Assembly: GCA_049515915.1 (NCBI GenBank)
Contig: JBEKTP010000001.1
Coordinates: forward strand, 72,855-132,712
Source of the DNA: Patescibacteria group bacterium
Lineage (GTDB): Bacteria; Patescibacteriota; UBA1384; UBA12157; JAENIV01
Direction of reading: 5' to 3'
DNA: 59,858 nucleotides
Shown piece after piece: positions 8,516 to 17,661 of the stretch. A program made the position numbers and the translations under genes. Under the pieces are notes generated by a model. The model did no database searches, was not told where the DNA came from, and saw only the letters and a program-made list of their open reading frames with translations. Numbering within the stretch: the first letter of the stretch is position 1; every line of letters starts with the position of its first letter.

Positions 8516-9634
8516 CTATTCTAACACTTCGAGCCCAGGTAATTTCTTACCGGCTAAATATTCTAAAGACGCCCCGCCGGCATTGGAAATAAAATCAAAA
8601 TTATCCGCTAAACCGACTTTTCGGACAAAAGCAGAAGTATCGCCCCCGCCGGCATATTTTTTGGCGCTGGAATTGGCAATAGCTTCCGCAATCCTCCAGG
8701 TGCCTCGGCTAAATGCCGGCACTTCGGAAACGCCCATGTTGCCATTCCAAAAAATGGTCTTGGCTTTTTTAATTTCATATTTATAATTGGCTGTCGTCTC
8801 CACGCCAATATCGACACCCATGAGCCCGTCAATTTCTTGAGTTGATTTAATGCTAATTTCTTTTGTTCCGACCGGCTTTTCTAAAGACTTTGAAAACAAG
8901 AGATCGGTCGGAAGAAACAATTTCTTAGATGAGTCTTTCTCAAAATTTTCAATAATTTTTTTAGTATAAGGCAAAACTTTTTCTTCGATTAATGACCGGC
9001 CAAGCTGATATCCTCGGCCCACCAAAAATGTACTGGCCACCACTCCGCCGATAATAAATACTTCCCCTCGATCGAATAGATTTTCAATGACCGGTAATTT
9101 GTCCTCGGCTTTTTTCCCACCGATAATAATCATCAATCCTTTTTTCGGACTTGATAGAATCTGAGATAAACCCTCGACTTCGTGCTGAACGGACATCCCG
9201 GCATAGCTTGGCAACAATTTGGCCACCCCGACCGTGGAAGCGTGGGCTCTGTGGCAGGTGGCAAAAGCATCCTGGACAAAAATGTCCTGACCCAACGCCA
9301 GTTTTTTGGCAAAGGCCAAATCATTTTTTTCTTCACCGGCGTTGAAGCGAAGATTTTCTAAGATATTCCAGTAATCATGCGTGCCGATTAATTCGACAAG
9401 TTTTTTTTCCACCGGCAAAATTTTCAAATGATTAACCGTCTGGCCCATCGGTCGACCAAGATGACCCATAATCGTGACTTGCCGCGCGCCGTTTTCAAGC
9501 AGATATTTAATCGTTGGGACGCTAGCCGATAAACGCTCACTGTCAGTTACTTTACCGTCAGTGATCGGTACATCGGCATCAATACGTAAGAGGATATTTT
9601 TACCTTTAATTTTTGCTTGTTGAACCTTTTTCAT
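8516..9634 (-). CDS. pgk: phosphoglycerate kinase
   Basis: GHLGRP, LENLRF, DAFATCHRAHAS, GGGDT, NAGGASLE. Confidence 0.97.
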   Translation of the reverse strand: MKKVQQAKIKGKNILLRIDADVPITDGKVTDSERLSASVPTIKYLLENGARQVTIMGHLGRPMGQTVNHLKILPVEKKLVELIGTHDYWNILENLRFNAGEEKNDLAFAKKLALGQDIFVQDAFATCHRAHASTVGVAKLLPSYAGMSVQHEVEGLSQILSSPKKGLMIIIGGKKAEDKLPVIENLFDRGEVFIIGGVVASTFLVGRGYQLGRSLIEEKVLPYTKKIIENFEKDSSKKLFLPTDLLFSKSLEKPVGTKEISIKSTQEIDGLMGVDIGVETTANYKYEIKKAKTIFWNGNMGVSEVPAFSRGTWRIAEAIANSSAKKYAGGGDTSAFVRKVGLADNFDFISNAGGASLEYLAGKKLPGLEVLE

Positions 9635-10136
9635 TTAATTTTAAGACTCCAAAAGCCATAACGCCGCCGATAAGTGCCGTGATGATTTGCGGCCAGGCCA
9701 TCATCGTGGCGGCTGCTTTAAGAGCGATATTATGATTTGAGATTAAGCCAATAACGATAGTTGATGTTAAATATAAAAAAGCGTATTTAAATAAGGTGCC
9801 GCCCAAAACGCCGGCCCAGTAGTTAGTTTTGCGCAGACTCGAAAACACGACTATTAAGATGGCATTGGAAATCATAATAAATGGAATCATGGGCGCTAAT
9901 GGCGCTAATAATAAACCCGATATTAAGGCCACCACCGACGGAAATAATCCGATCAAAACGGCATTTCCCGCCCCGATTGTCATTACGGCGATAAATAAGA
10001 CAGCGTTAACAATCGGCCCGGTCACAAATTGGTTGTGAATATAGTGTGGCACGACTACCGCCACGGCCATCAAACCTACAAACCAAGCAATTTCTTTAGC
10101 TCTTAATTTTTCTAAAACTTTTGTTTGAGCGTTCAT
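9606..10136 (-). CDS. integral membrane protein, ECF S-component/HymD-like, coupled to the hydrogenase
   Basis: 5-6 hydrophobic helices, QFVTGPIVNAVLF motif, WPQIITALIGG C-terminus; ATGA overlap with hydrogenase stop. Confidence 0.65.
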   Translation of the reverse strand: MNAQTKVLEKLRAKEIAWFVGLMAVAVVVPHYIHNQFVTGPIVNAVLFIAVMTIGAGNAVLIGLFPSVVALISGLLLAPLAPMIPFIMISNAILIVVFSSLRKTNYWAGVLGGTLFKYAFLYLTSTIVIGLISNHNIALKAAATMMAWPQIITALIGGVMAFGVLKLNEKGSTSKN

Positions 10137-11557
10137 TTTTCTCCTTCCATTAAACAAATTCTCGACTGCGATTTATCGTAAATCGTATGCAAATATTTTT
10201 TCGCTTTCGGGCTCCCAGCACAACCCAAAAATTCTTTATAAACTTGTTGGACGATGGGATTCTCGTGGGCCTTACGAATATTCTTTTTTTGATCAATTTC
10301 ATAGAGAGCTTTTCTTCTTTTGTCAATGACACCCATTTTTTGCGGCTTCGGCTGTCCGCCGCCGCCAACGCAGCCGCCCGGACAAGCCATCACTTCCACA
10401 TAGTGATAGATTTCGCCGCGATTAACTTCGGCAATAATTTTTTCGGCGTTGGCTAACCCTGTGGCAATGGCAATTTTGATCTCTTCCCCGCCGATTTTTA
10501 GCGTCGCTTTTTTAATGCCCTCCATGCCGCGGAATTCTTGATAATCTATTTTATCTAGTTTCTCGTTGTGAAATATTTCCGCGAAAGTCCGCACCGCTGA
10601 CTCTATCACTCCGCCAGAAGCACCATAAATCGCCCCGGCACCGGAGGCTTCACCCAGCGGTGAATCAAATTTTTCCAGCGTAATATTTTTCAAATCAATC
10701 TTGGCCAATTTAACCATTTTAATAAATTCGCGGGTGGTCAAAACCCAATCAACATCGTAACTCCCAGATTTATCCTCGCCCTGACGGCGGGATTCAAACT
10801 TCTTGGCAATGCAAGGCATAATTGAAACGACGACAATGTCTTTGGGATCAATATTTTTCTTTTTAGCAAAGTAAGTTTTAACCAAAACCGCCAGACATTG
10901 CTGCGGTGAACGAACCGTCGTGATGTGGTCAGCCAGTCCTGGATGGAAATCTTCAATATATTTTACTCGCGCCGGACAACAAGAAGTAAATAACGGCAAG
11001 GTATTTTTTTCGATTCGCTCTTTTAAATCGTGAGCTTCCTCATAAGTAGTAAAGTCGGCGCCGACATTGACATCAAAAACATAATCGAACCCTAATTTTT
11101 TTAAAGCGGCGACAATTTTCTCTTCCCAATTTTCCGCGACTGGGCCGCCAAAACTTTCGGAAACACTGACCCGAACCGACGGTGCGACTTGGGCCACCAC
11201 GCATTTAGTTGGGTCAGCCAAGGCCGCTTTCACCTCATCAATATTTTCTTTTTCGGCTAATGTTCCAGTTGGACAAGCGATCACACATTGGCCACAACGA
11301 GTACAATTACTTTCGGAAAAGTTTAATTTGCCATCTGGCCGAAAATAAAGACACTCCCCCACTTTTTCCTCGACGGGAATGCCAAGCGAATTATTGGCTA
11401 GACAAACCTCGCGGCAAAGACCGCAGCCAATACATTTTGACTCGTCACGAGTAATCGCGATATCACTAAAATCTTTGAAAGGCTTACCTTTCTGATTTTC
11501 CAGAACCGTTTGATGGGGTTTTATCTCAAACTTTTCACCATTAAATTCCACTTCCAT
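10133..11557 (-). CDS. hydA: monomeric [FeFe]-hydrogenase with two 4Fe-4S ferredoxin motifs
   Basis: CIGCGLC..C and CTRCGQC...CP; H-cluster motifs TSCCPAR, MPCIAKKFE, EVMACPGGCVGGGGQP. Confidence 0.93.
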   Translation of the reverse strand: MEVEFNGEKFEIKPHQTVLENQKGKPFKDFSDIAITRDESKCIGCGLCREVCLANNSLGIPVEEKVGECLYFRPDGKLNFSESNCTRCGQCVIACPTGTLAEKENIDEVKAALADPTKCVVAQVAPSVRVSVSESFGGPVAENWEEKIVAALKKLGFDYVFDVNVGADFTTYEEAHDLKERIEKNTLPLFTSCCPARVKYIEDFHPGLADHITTVRSPQQCLAVLVKTYFAKKKNIDPKDIVVVSIMPCIAKKFESRRQGEDKSGSYDVDWVLTTREFIKMVKLAKIDLKNITLEKFDSPLGEASGAGAIYGASGGVIESAVRTFAEIFHNEKLDKIDYQEFRGMEGIKKATLKIGGEEIKIAIATGLANAEKIIAEVNRGEIYHYVEVMACPGGCVGGGGQPKPQKMGVIDKRRKALYEIDQKKNIRKAHENPIVQQVYKEFLGCAGSPKAKKYLHTIYDKSQSRICLMEGEK

Positions 11558-11655
11558 AAGGCCTCACTGATAGCAAACTTAAACTAATAACTAATACTGA
11601 TCTTTCTAATTATATATGCGTTATTTGTTACAATTTATTATTAGTGAGGCAAGCT

Positions 11656-11850
11656 TTAGTCGAACAATGTCCGAAAAAGCCAGATGGCCCCGATTAAAAA
11701 CAAGACCAAGGCCACAATGGTCAGCACGGTCATGGGTGGGAACCAGCTCGTTCCCGTGTCGGCCGAGACGAAGATTCGATCCACGCCCAAGGTCAAGACA
11801 CCTATAATTAAAATAATAATCCCAATGGATGATTGAACTGATTTTTTCAA
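11656..11850 (-). CDS. small two-helix membrane protein
   Basis: 64 aa, two hydrophobic segments, co-oriented with neighbours. Confidence 0.65.
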   Translation of the reverse strand: MKKSVQSSIGIIILIIGVLTLGVDRIFVSADTGTSWFPPMTVLTIVALVLFLIGAIWLFRTLFD

Positions 11851-11882
11851 ACTTCCTCCTCTTTAGAATCCTTATTCATATA

Positions 11883-12287
11883 TTACTTATGTTGGTCAAG
11901 CCACGCTTTGAGAGTATTTTCATCCTGATAACCCGTCAAACGATCACCATTGGCGGCGATAAAAGTCGGCGTGCCATCGATTTTGTATTGCGAAGCCAAA
12001 TTAGAGTCCGTCGCAATATCCATCGGTTTAAGTTTATAACCTTGTTTGCCTAAATCAGGCAAGACGTCCGCTTCTTCTTGTTGACACCAATGGCAATAAT
12101 CGGAATAAAAAAACATTATCTTAGCGTCAGAAGAAAAATAGGTCTGATTTTGCGACAAGGCTGTCGGCGAGGGTGAAGAAGTGGCACTGCCACCACTGTT
12201 ATTTGAAATTTTCGAGTATCCAAAAATGGCAAAAACAACAATCACGACTAAGACGATACCAATCACGATTATCCAACTTTTACCCAT
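11883..12287 (-). CDS. membrane-anchored thioredoxin-family protein
   Basis: N-terminal TM helix, CHWC active site, GTPTF cis-Pro motif. Confidence 0.85.
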   Translation of the reverse strand: MGKSWIIVIGIVLVVIVVFAIFGYSKISNNSGGSATSSPSPTALSQNQTYFSSDAKIMFFYSDYCHWCQQEEADVLPDLGKQGYKLKPMDIATDSNLASQYKIDGTPTFIAANGDRLTGYQDENTLKAWLDQHK

Positions 12288-12307
12288 GGCGCTCCTCTAT
12301 TGGGATA

Positions 12308-13327
12308 TTATTTTTTGATTTTTTCTTCGACAAACTGGCAAAAGGCGGCTAAACGCTCCGAGTATCCCATTTCGTTGTCGTACCACGCGACAACTCTTAT
12401 AAGATTACCATCAATCACTTGGGTCGACAAGAGATCAACAATCGCACCATGAGGATCGCTTCGAAAATCAATACTCACTAATGGTTCCTCAGTAACGGCC
12501 AGGGCTTCTTTATACGAAGGATCAGCGGCCGCTTTTTTAAATGCCTCATTGACTTCTTCGACTGTCGTGTTCTTGCCGACTAATGCCACAAAGTCAACCA
12601 AAGAAACGGTCATTGTGGGGACACGATAAGATAGGCCGTCCATTTTTCCTTTAAGATCGGGAATCACCTCGGCGGCGACGATGGTAGCACCGGTCGTGGT
12701 GGGAATAATTGACTGCGTCGCCGAGCGAGCGCGCCTTAAATCTTTATGGGAATCATCCTGCAATCTTTGATCCATCGTGTAGGAATGGATGGTCGACATC
12801 GATGATTTTTCGATTTTAAAATTCTTATGTAAAACATCAGCCACCGGCGCTAAACAGTTTGTTGTGCACGAAGCCATTGATAAGACATCTTCACTCGGAT
12901 TAAATTCGGCGTCGTTGACACCCAAAACGACCGTTTTGACTTTTTCCGCCGCATCTTTTTTATCTTTAGCTGGTGCTGAAATTATTACATTTTTAGCTCC
13001 TGCCTGAATATGGGCGCCGGCGCTTTCGTGATCGGTAAAAACGCCCGTTGATTCAATAACAAGTTCAACCCCTAAATCTCCCCAGGGCAGCTTGGCCGGC
13101 TCTTTCTCTGTCAAAACTTTAATCATTTTTCCGTCAACCATCATTTGACCATCTTTAACCGCCACTTGCCCCGCAAACGACCCGTAAGTCGAATCGTATT
13201 TTAAAAGATGAACCAGTGTTTTAATATCGCCCAAATCATTAATGGCCACGATATCTAACTTTCTTTTATAAGCCGCCCGAAAAAAAGTGCGGCCAATTCG
13301 CCCAAAACCATTGATGGCGATTTTCAT
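12308..13327 (-). CDS. gap: glyceraldehyde-3-phosphate dehydrogenase type I
   Basis: INGFGRIGR, ASCTTNCLAP, WYDNEMGYS. Confidence 0.98.
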   Translation of the reverse strand: MKIAINGFGRIGRTFFRAAYKRKLDIVAINDLGDIKTLVHLLKYDSTYGSFAGQVAVKDGQMMVDGKMIKVLTEKEPAKLPWGDLGVELVIESTGVFTDHESAGAHIQAGAKNVIISAPAKDKKDAAEKVKTVVLGVNDAEFNPSEDVLSMASCTTNCLAPVADVLHKNFKIEKSSMSTIHSYTMDQRLQDDSHKDLRRARSATQSIIPTTTGATIVAAEVIPDLKGKMDGLSYRVPTMTVSLVDFVALVGKNTTVEEVNEAFKKAAADPSYKEALAVTEEPLVSIDFRSDPHGAIVDLLSTQVIDGNLIRVVAWYDNEMGYSERLAAFCQFVEEKIKK

Positions 13328-13353
13328 TTGCTTACTCCTTTCCAATTAAATAT

Positions 13354-13752
13354 TTAATTTTGATCAATAACGACCCACCCCCGGCGATCTTTTTTTCTAA
13401 AATTAATCGGGCTGATAAATTTCTGGGGATTCTTTAAAAATATGACCGTGGCAAAATGAGAATCCAACTTCTTTTGCCAAAAAGAATCTTCCATCGCGGT
13501 ATCTTCAAAGTGGACATCTTGCAAGGCTCGAACCATTTTAGGGGTAAGATTATCATAGAAAAGAACGTTTTCCACTAAAGCTCGGCCGATCACCCGTTCC
13601 CCCGATGTTTTAAGCAGAATTTCGTCATCTTTAGAAACTTCTAAATAAGGCAGGGTTCGATTTTGTGAGAGCCGGATTTCAACTTTCTTTTCCCCGCTCA
13701 GAACCTTCTCAGCCGCACCTTTTAGGAAAATCGCAAGGTGTCGGCGGGCCAT
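13354..13752 (-). CDS. ASCH/PUA-domain protein
   Basis: VLSGEKKVEIR (GxKxxExR) ASCH signature. Confidence 0.75.
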   Translation of the reverse strand: MARRHLAIFLKGAAEKVLSGEKKVEIRLSQNRTLPYLEVSKDDEILLKTSGERVIGRALVENVLFYDNLTPKMVRALQDVHFEDTAMEDSFWQKKLDSHFATVIFLKNPQKFISPINFRKKDRRGWVVIDQN

Positions 13753-14729
13753 CTGTACTCCTTCGCCCTCCTCGAAATTATATTTTTCCTCAACAATCCG
13801 CCTTGGGCCCCGATTACTCCCACCACCGAAGCGGCATTAATGACCCCCCATTTTAAGGAATCTTTCATGGACTCACCATAAATTTGGGCGGCTAAAAAAC
13901 CCGAAGCAAAGGCATCGCCCGCGCCCGTCGCTTCTAAAAGATGACCCGGATATGAACCAACTTTTAGAAAATCAATCCCGTTATAAGCATAGGCGCCTTC
14001 AACCCCGTCAGTAATAACCACGACCTGTGGACCCTGGAACTGAATAACTTTGGCCATGTCTTTAACCGTTGGAAAACCCGAAAGACCAGAAAGTTTTTGG
14101 GCTTCCTCGCGATTTAAAAATATAATACTTATTAATTTAAGTAAACCACCAAAGGAGTTTAATCCTCTCTCGATCTGCTCGCCACCGGGATTGAGGGCAA
14201 TTTTTATATCATTTTTAACGAGAGCGCTCACAATTTGATTAAATAATTTTTCGTAGCCTTCAGCCATAGGCCCCAAATAGTACCACATCGTTCCGGCGTC
14301 CGGTAATTTAAAATCCGCTGGACCAAAAGAATGATAAACAAAAATCGTTCGTTCGCCTTTATAAGATACAATGACTGAAAAACCTGATTTTTTCCCTCGG
14401 ATGATTTTCGTAAAAGAAGTCTGGACTTTTTTGTCCTCGATCGATTGACGGAGCTCTTCGCCCACCGTGTCACCTCCCAGCGCGCTGACAAGAGCCGTTT
14501 TTAGACCCAATTTTGTCAGCCCGACAGCCACGTTAGCGGCCGTGCCGCCATCAGAATACTGAGCGTCAGCAACGGTAATTTTATCACCTAAACCAAAAAC
14601 GAGATATTCATTATATTTTTCGTCCTTTGAAATTTTTCTACCCTCAATCGGTTTTTCCATTTCGGAAAGCGCCGGAAAAACGAAAATATCTCTCATGCAA
14701 TCGCCGATTGTGATACAATCATAAATCAT
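13722..14729 (-). CDS. PfkB-family carbohydrate kinase
   Basis: GGTAANVAVGLTKLG and ATGAGDAFASGF PfkB signatures; between fba and gap. Confidence 0.9.
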   Translation of the reverse strand: MIYDCITIGDCMRDIFVFPALSEMEKPIEGRKISKDEKYNEYLVFGLGDKITVADAQYSDGGTAANVAVGLTKLGLKTALVSALGGDTVGEELRQSIEDKKVQTSFTKIIRGKKSGFSVIVSYKGERTIFVYHSFGPADFKLPDAGTMWYYLGPMAEGYEKLFNQIVSALVKNDIKIALNPGGEQIERGLNSFGGLLKLISIIFLNREEAQKLSGLSGFPTVKDMAKVIQFQGPQVVVITDGVEGAYAYNGIDFLKVGSYPGHLLEATGAGDAFASGFLAAQIYGESMKDSLKWGVINAASVVGVIGAQGGLLRKNIISRRAKEYRWPADTLRFS

Positions 14730-15568
14730 TTTGAAACTTTACCGTCTGAACCAAACAACTTAATTTTTTCTTCAACCAGCCTTTGAACTTCGCCCATCAC
14801 CGGAATTAAAATCTCTCGGGGATCATTCTCGTGAGGGTTTTGGCTAACAACTTTTCTTATTGATTTTGAAAAGGTGAGCCGAATATCAGTGTCGATATTA
14901 ACCTTGGCAATACCATATTGAATGGCGGCGCGGATATCACTTTCGGCCACCCCGGACGCGCCGTGTAAAACCAGCGGCTTATCCGTCTTTTGGCTGATTT
15001 TATTTAAAAGACTAATCTTAAGATTTTCCGTTCCTTCACCTTCGCTCCCATGTTTTGAGCCAACCGAAACCGCCAAAAAATCCACCCCGGTCCGTTCGAG
15101 ATACCCCGGCACATCATCCGGGTCCGTGTAATCAATCGTATTTTCTTCCACTTTACCCAAATGTCCCAGTTCTCCCTCGCACGGCACCCCTTGATGATGA
15201 GCCAGCTCAACGGCGTGGCGAGTTTTGACTTCATTTTCTTCCAAAGGGAGACTCGAACCATCGAACATCACCGAAGTGTAACCGGCTCGAAGACATTTTT
15301 CGACGGTGGTAATACTTTGACCGTGATCAAGATGCAAGGCTACCGGGATTTTAGCTTGAAGAGCTTCTTCTTTAATCAACGCGGCTAACGTTTCTAAACC
15401 GGCATACTCAATCGCTTTTTCAGAAGTGGCGATGATGACCGGTGAATTTTGAGCTGTGGCCGCGGCAATAATTGCCTTGGTGATTTCCAAATCGGAAGTA
15501 TTAAAACAACCGACCGCATAACCGTTTTGGCGGGCTGCTAAAACCATTTGTTTGGAAGTCACAAGCAC
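14726..15568 (-). CDS. fba: fructose-bisphosphate aldolase class II
   Basis: LHLDHG, SVMFDGS, EGELG, LVLHGASG, KVNIDTD. Confidence 0.95.
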   Translation of the reverse strand: MLVTSKQMVLAARQNGYAVGCFNTSDLEITKAIIAAATAQNSPVIIATSEKAIEYAGLETLAALIKEEALQAKIPVALHLDHGQSITTVEKCLRAGYTSVMFDGSSLPLEENEVKTRHAVELAHHQGVPCEGELGHLGKVEENTIDYTDPDDVPGYLERTGVDFLAVSVGSKHGSEGEGTENLKISLLNKISQKTDKPLVLHGASGVAESDIRAAIQYGIAKVNIDTDIRLTFSKSIRKVVSQNPHENDPREILIPVMGEVQRLVEEKIKLFGSDGKVSK

Positions 15569-16369
15569 TTATTCTTCCTCTCTGCCAGCAATTTTTTCGC
15601 AAATTTTAATAAACTCATTGGCTTTCAATGACGCGCCCCCCACTAAAGCCCCATCAATTTCCGGTTGATAAACAAAATCTTTAATATTTTCCGAATCCAC
15701 CGAGCCGCCATAGAGGATTCTTATTTCCTGGGCAATTTCATCGCCGTATTTATCCGATAAAACCTTTCTTAATTTAAAGGCCATTTCATTGGCATATTCA
15801 CCAGTGGCCGGCGTACCAGTGCCGATTGCCCAAACTGGCTCATAGGCAATAATCACTTTAGAGACATTTTCGGCCGAAACACCCTTTAAAGCCGCTCTTA
15901 ACTCTTCCAAAATATCCATTTTAACGGAAATCTCTGAAGGACGGCCTCTCCCTTTTTTGACTTGAGGCATTTTTTTAAGTTCGCCGACAGCAATAATGGG
16001 CCTAATTTTATGCAGTAGCGCCGCTTGAACTTTATCATTGATTAAGGCATTAGATTCGTCAAAATGCATTCGCCGTTCGCTGTGCCCTAAAATAACGTAA
16101 CTGGCTAAACCTTCGAGCATTAAAGGTGAAATTTCCCCGGTCATGGCTCCTTTTTCAGCAAACCACATATTTTGGGCGCCAAGTTTCAGATTAGCCGGGG
16201 CATGTTCTAACAATTCCTGCATCGGCACGAGCCAAGTAAAAGGCGGGCATAAAACAATTTCCGCTTCTTCGAGTTCGTGAGCCGCATTGCGAATGGCCGT
16301 CGTTAAAACGATGGCGTCGGACAAAGTCGTATTCATTTTCCAATTACCAATAATCAGAGGCTTTCTCAT
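15569..16369 (-). CDS. tpiA: triosephosphate isomerase
   Basis: GNWKMN, GHSERR, AYEPVWAIGTG, LYGGSV, GALVGGASL. Confidence 0.98.
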   Translation of the reverse strand: MRKPLIIGNWKMNTTLSDAIVLTTAIRNAAHELEEAEIVLCPPFTWLVPMQELLEHAPANLKLGAQNMWFAEKGAMTGEISPLMLEGLASYVILGHSERRMHFDESNALINDKVQAALLHKIRPIIAVGELKKMPQVKKGRGRPSEISVKMDILEELRAALKGVSAENVSKVIIAYEPVWAIGTGTPATGEYANEMAFKLRKVLSDKYGDEIAQEIRILYGGSVDSENIKDFVYQPEIDGALVGGASLKANEFIKICEKIAGREEE

Positions 16370-16435
16370 TATAAATCTCCTTTAGTACTAATATACTATA
16401 TTTTTATCAAACGAGCCATGAGCACAACCGAGCAA

Positions 16436-17644
16436 TTATTTTAAATTCTGCCGATGTCTCAGACGGTAATATTCAATCGCAAACCGGTGAGCTTCGTCGC
16501 GAACCCGAAGTAAGAGTTTTTTATCGAACGATAAATTATTCGCCCCGATGATTTCGTTTTTATCTCGATCTGGTCCTTTGGCGATGCCGATGACTGGAAT
16601 GGGCAAACGCCTAATTTTTAAGATTTCTTTGGCCCCATTGACCTGGCCTTTCCCGCCATCGATTAAAATTAGGTCCGGCATGGCCCATTCGCTATGATTC
16701 AAGCGTCGATCCAACATTTCTTTTAAAGCGGCAATATCGTTGACGCCGGAAACGGTATTGATTTTGAATTTGCGATATTGCGACTTATCAATTAAGCCTT
16801 CGGTAAAAACAATCATCGAACCAACCGCGAACGCACCCGAAATGTTAGAAATATCGTAGGCCTCAATTCGAGACGGAATGTCTTGCGGATACAGCAGATT
16901 TTCTTCGGTGATTAAGGCGACATCTTGAATGTGCTTTAAAGCAAAAATTTTATCGCGTAATTTGGCCGCGCCTTCGAAATCCATTTTTTTGGCCGATTCT
17001 TTCATCTCTTTTTCTAATTCTTTGATGACGCTCTTTTTTTTGCCACGCAAAAACAGTTTTATTTGGCGAATGGTTTTTTGATAATCTTTCTTTTCCACCT
17101 TGCCGGCGCAAACGCCCGGGCATTGGCCGAGATGGTATTCAAAACAGGCTTTGCCAGACAAGGGTGTGCAAGATACTCGAAACGGAAAGATTTTACGAAT
17201 AATTTGGAGCGCCTCGCGGACTTGACCAGCCGATGGAAATGGACCGTAGAATTCTCCTTTGGGCAATTTTTGAGTGATTCTCGCCGGATATACCCGCGGC
17301 CACTCTTCTTTAGTAATAAAAATACCCAAAAAAGTCTTGTCGTCTTTGAGCTTAATATTATATTTTGGTTTATATTTTTTAATTAAGTCATTTTCTAAAA
17401 ATAAGGCTTCGATCACCGAATCGGTTTTTTTGGTTTCAATATTAGAAATTTGAGAGAGCATTTGTTCGATGCGCGTTTCCTGCGGCCGCTGAAAATACGA
17501 CAATGTCCGCCGCTTAAGCGAAGAAGCTTTGCCGATATATAAAGGACGACGATTTTTATCACGCATCACATAAACACCGGGACTATCGGGAAATTTTTTA
17601 ATTTTAAAAACAAGCTTTTCGTTCATGATTTTATATTTTAACAC
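16436..17644 (-). CDS. uvrC: excinuclease ABC subunit C, short form
   Basis: GIY-YIG N-terminus (PGVY...LYIGKA), RIEAYDISN, LILIDGG, RDEAHRFA; no C-terminal HhH. Confidence 0.93.
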   Translation of the reverse strand: MLKYKIMNEKLVFKIKKFPDSPGVYVMRDKNRRPLYIGKASSLKRRTLSYFQRPQETRIEQMLSQISNIETKKTDSVIEALFLENDLIKKYKPKYNIKLKDDKTFLGIFITKEEWPRVYPARITQKLPKGEFYGPFPSAGQVREALQIIRKIFPFRVSCTPLSGKACFEYHLGQCPGVCAGKVEKKDYQKTIRQIKLFLRGKKKSVIKELEKEMKESAKKMDFEGAAKLRDKIFALKHIQDVALITEENLLYPQDIPSRIEAYDISNISGAFAVGSMIVFTEGLIDKSQYRKFKINTVSGVNDIAALKEMLDRRLNHSEWAMPDLILIDGGKGQVNGAKEILKIRRLPIPVIGIAKGPDRDKNEIIGANNLSFDKKLLLRVRDEAHRFAIEYYRLRHRQNLK

Positions 17645-17661
17645 TTATTTAAAAAAAATAG

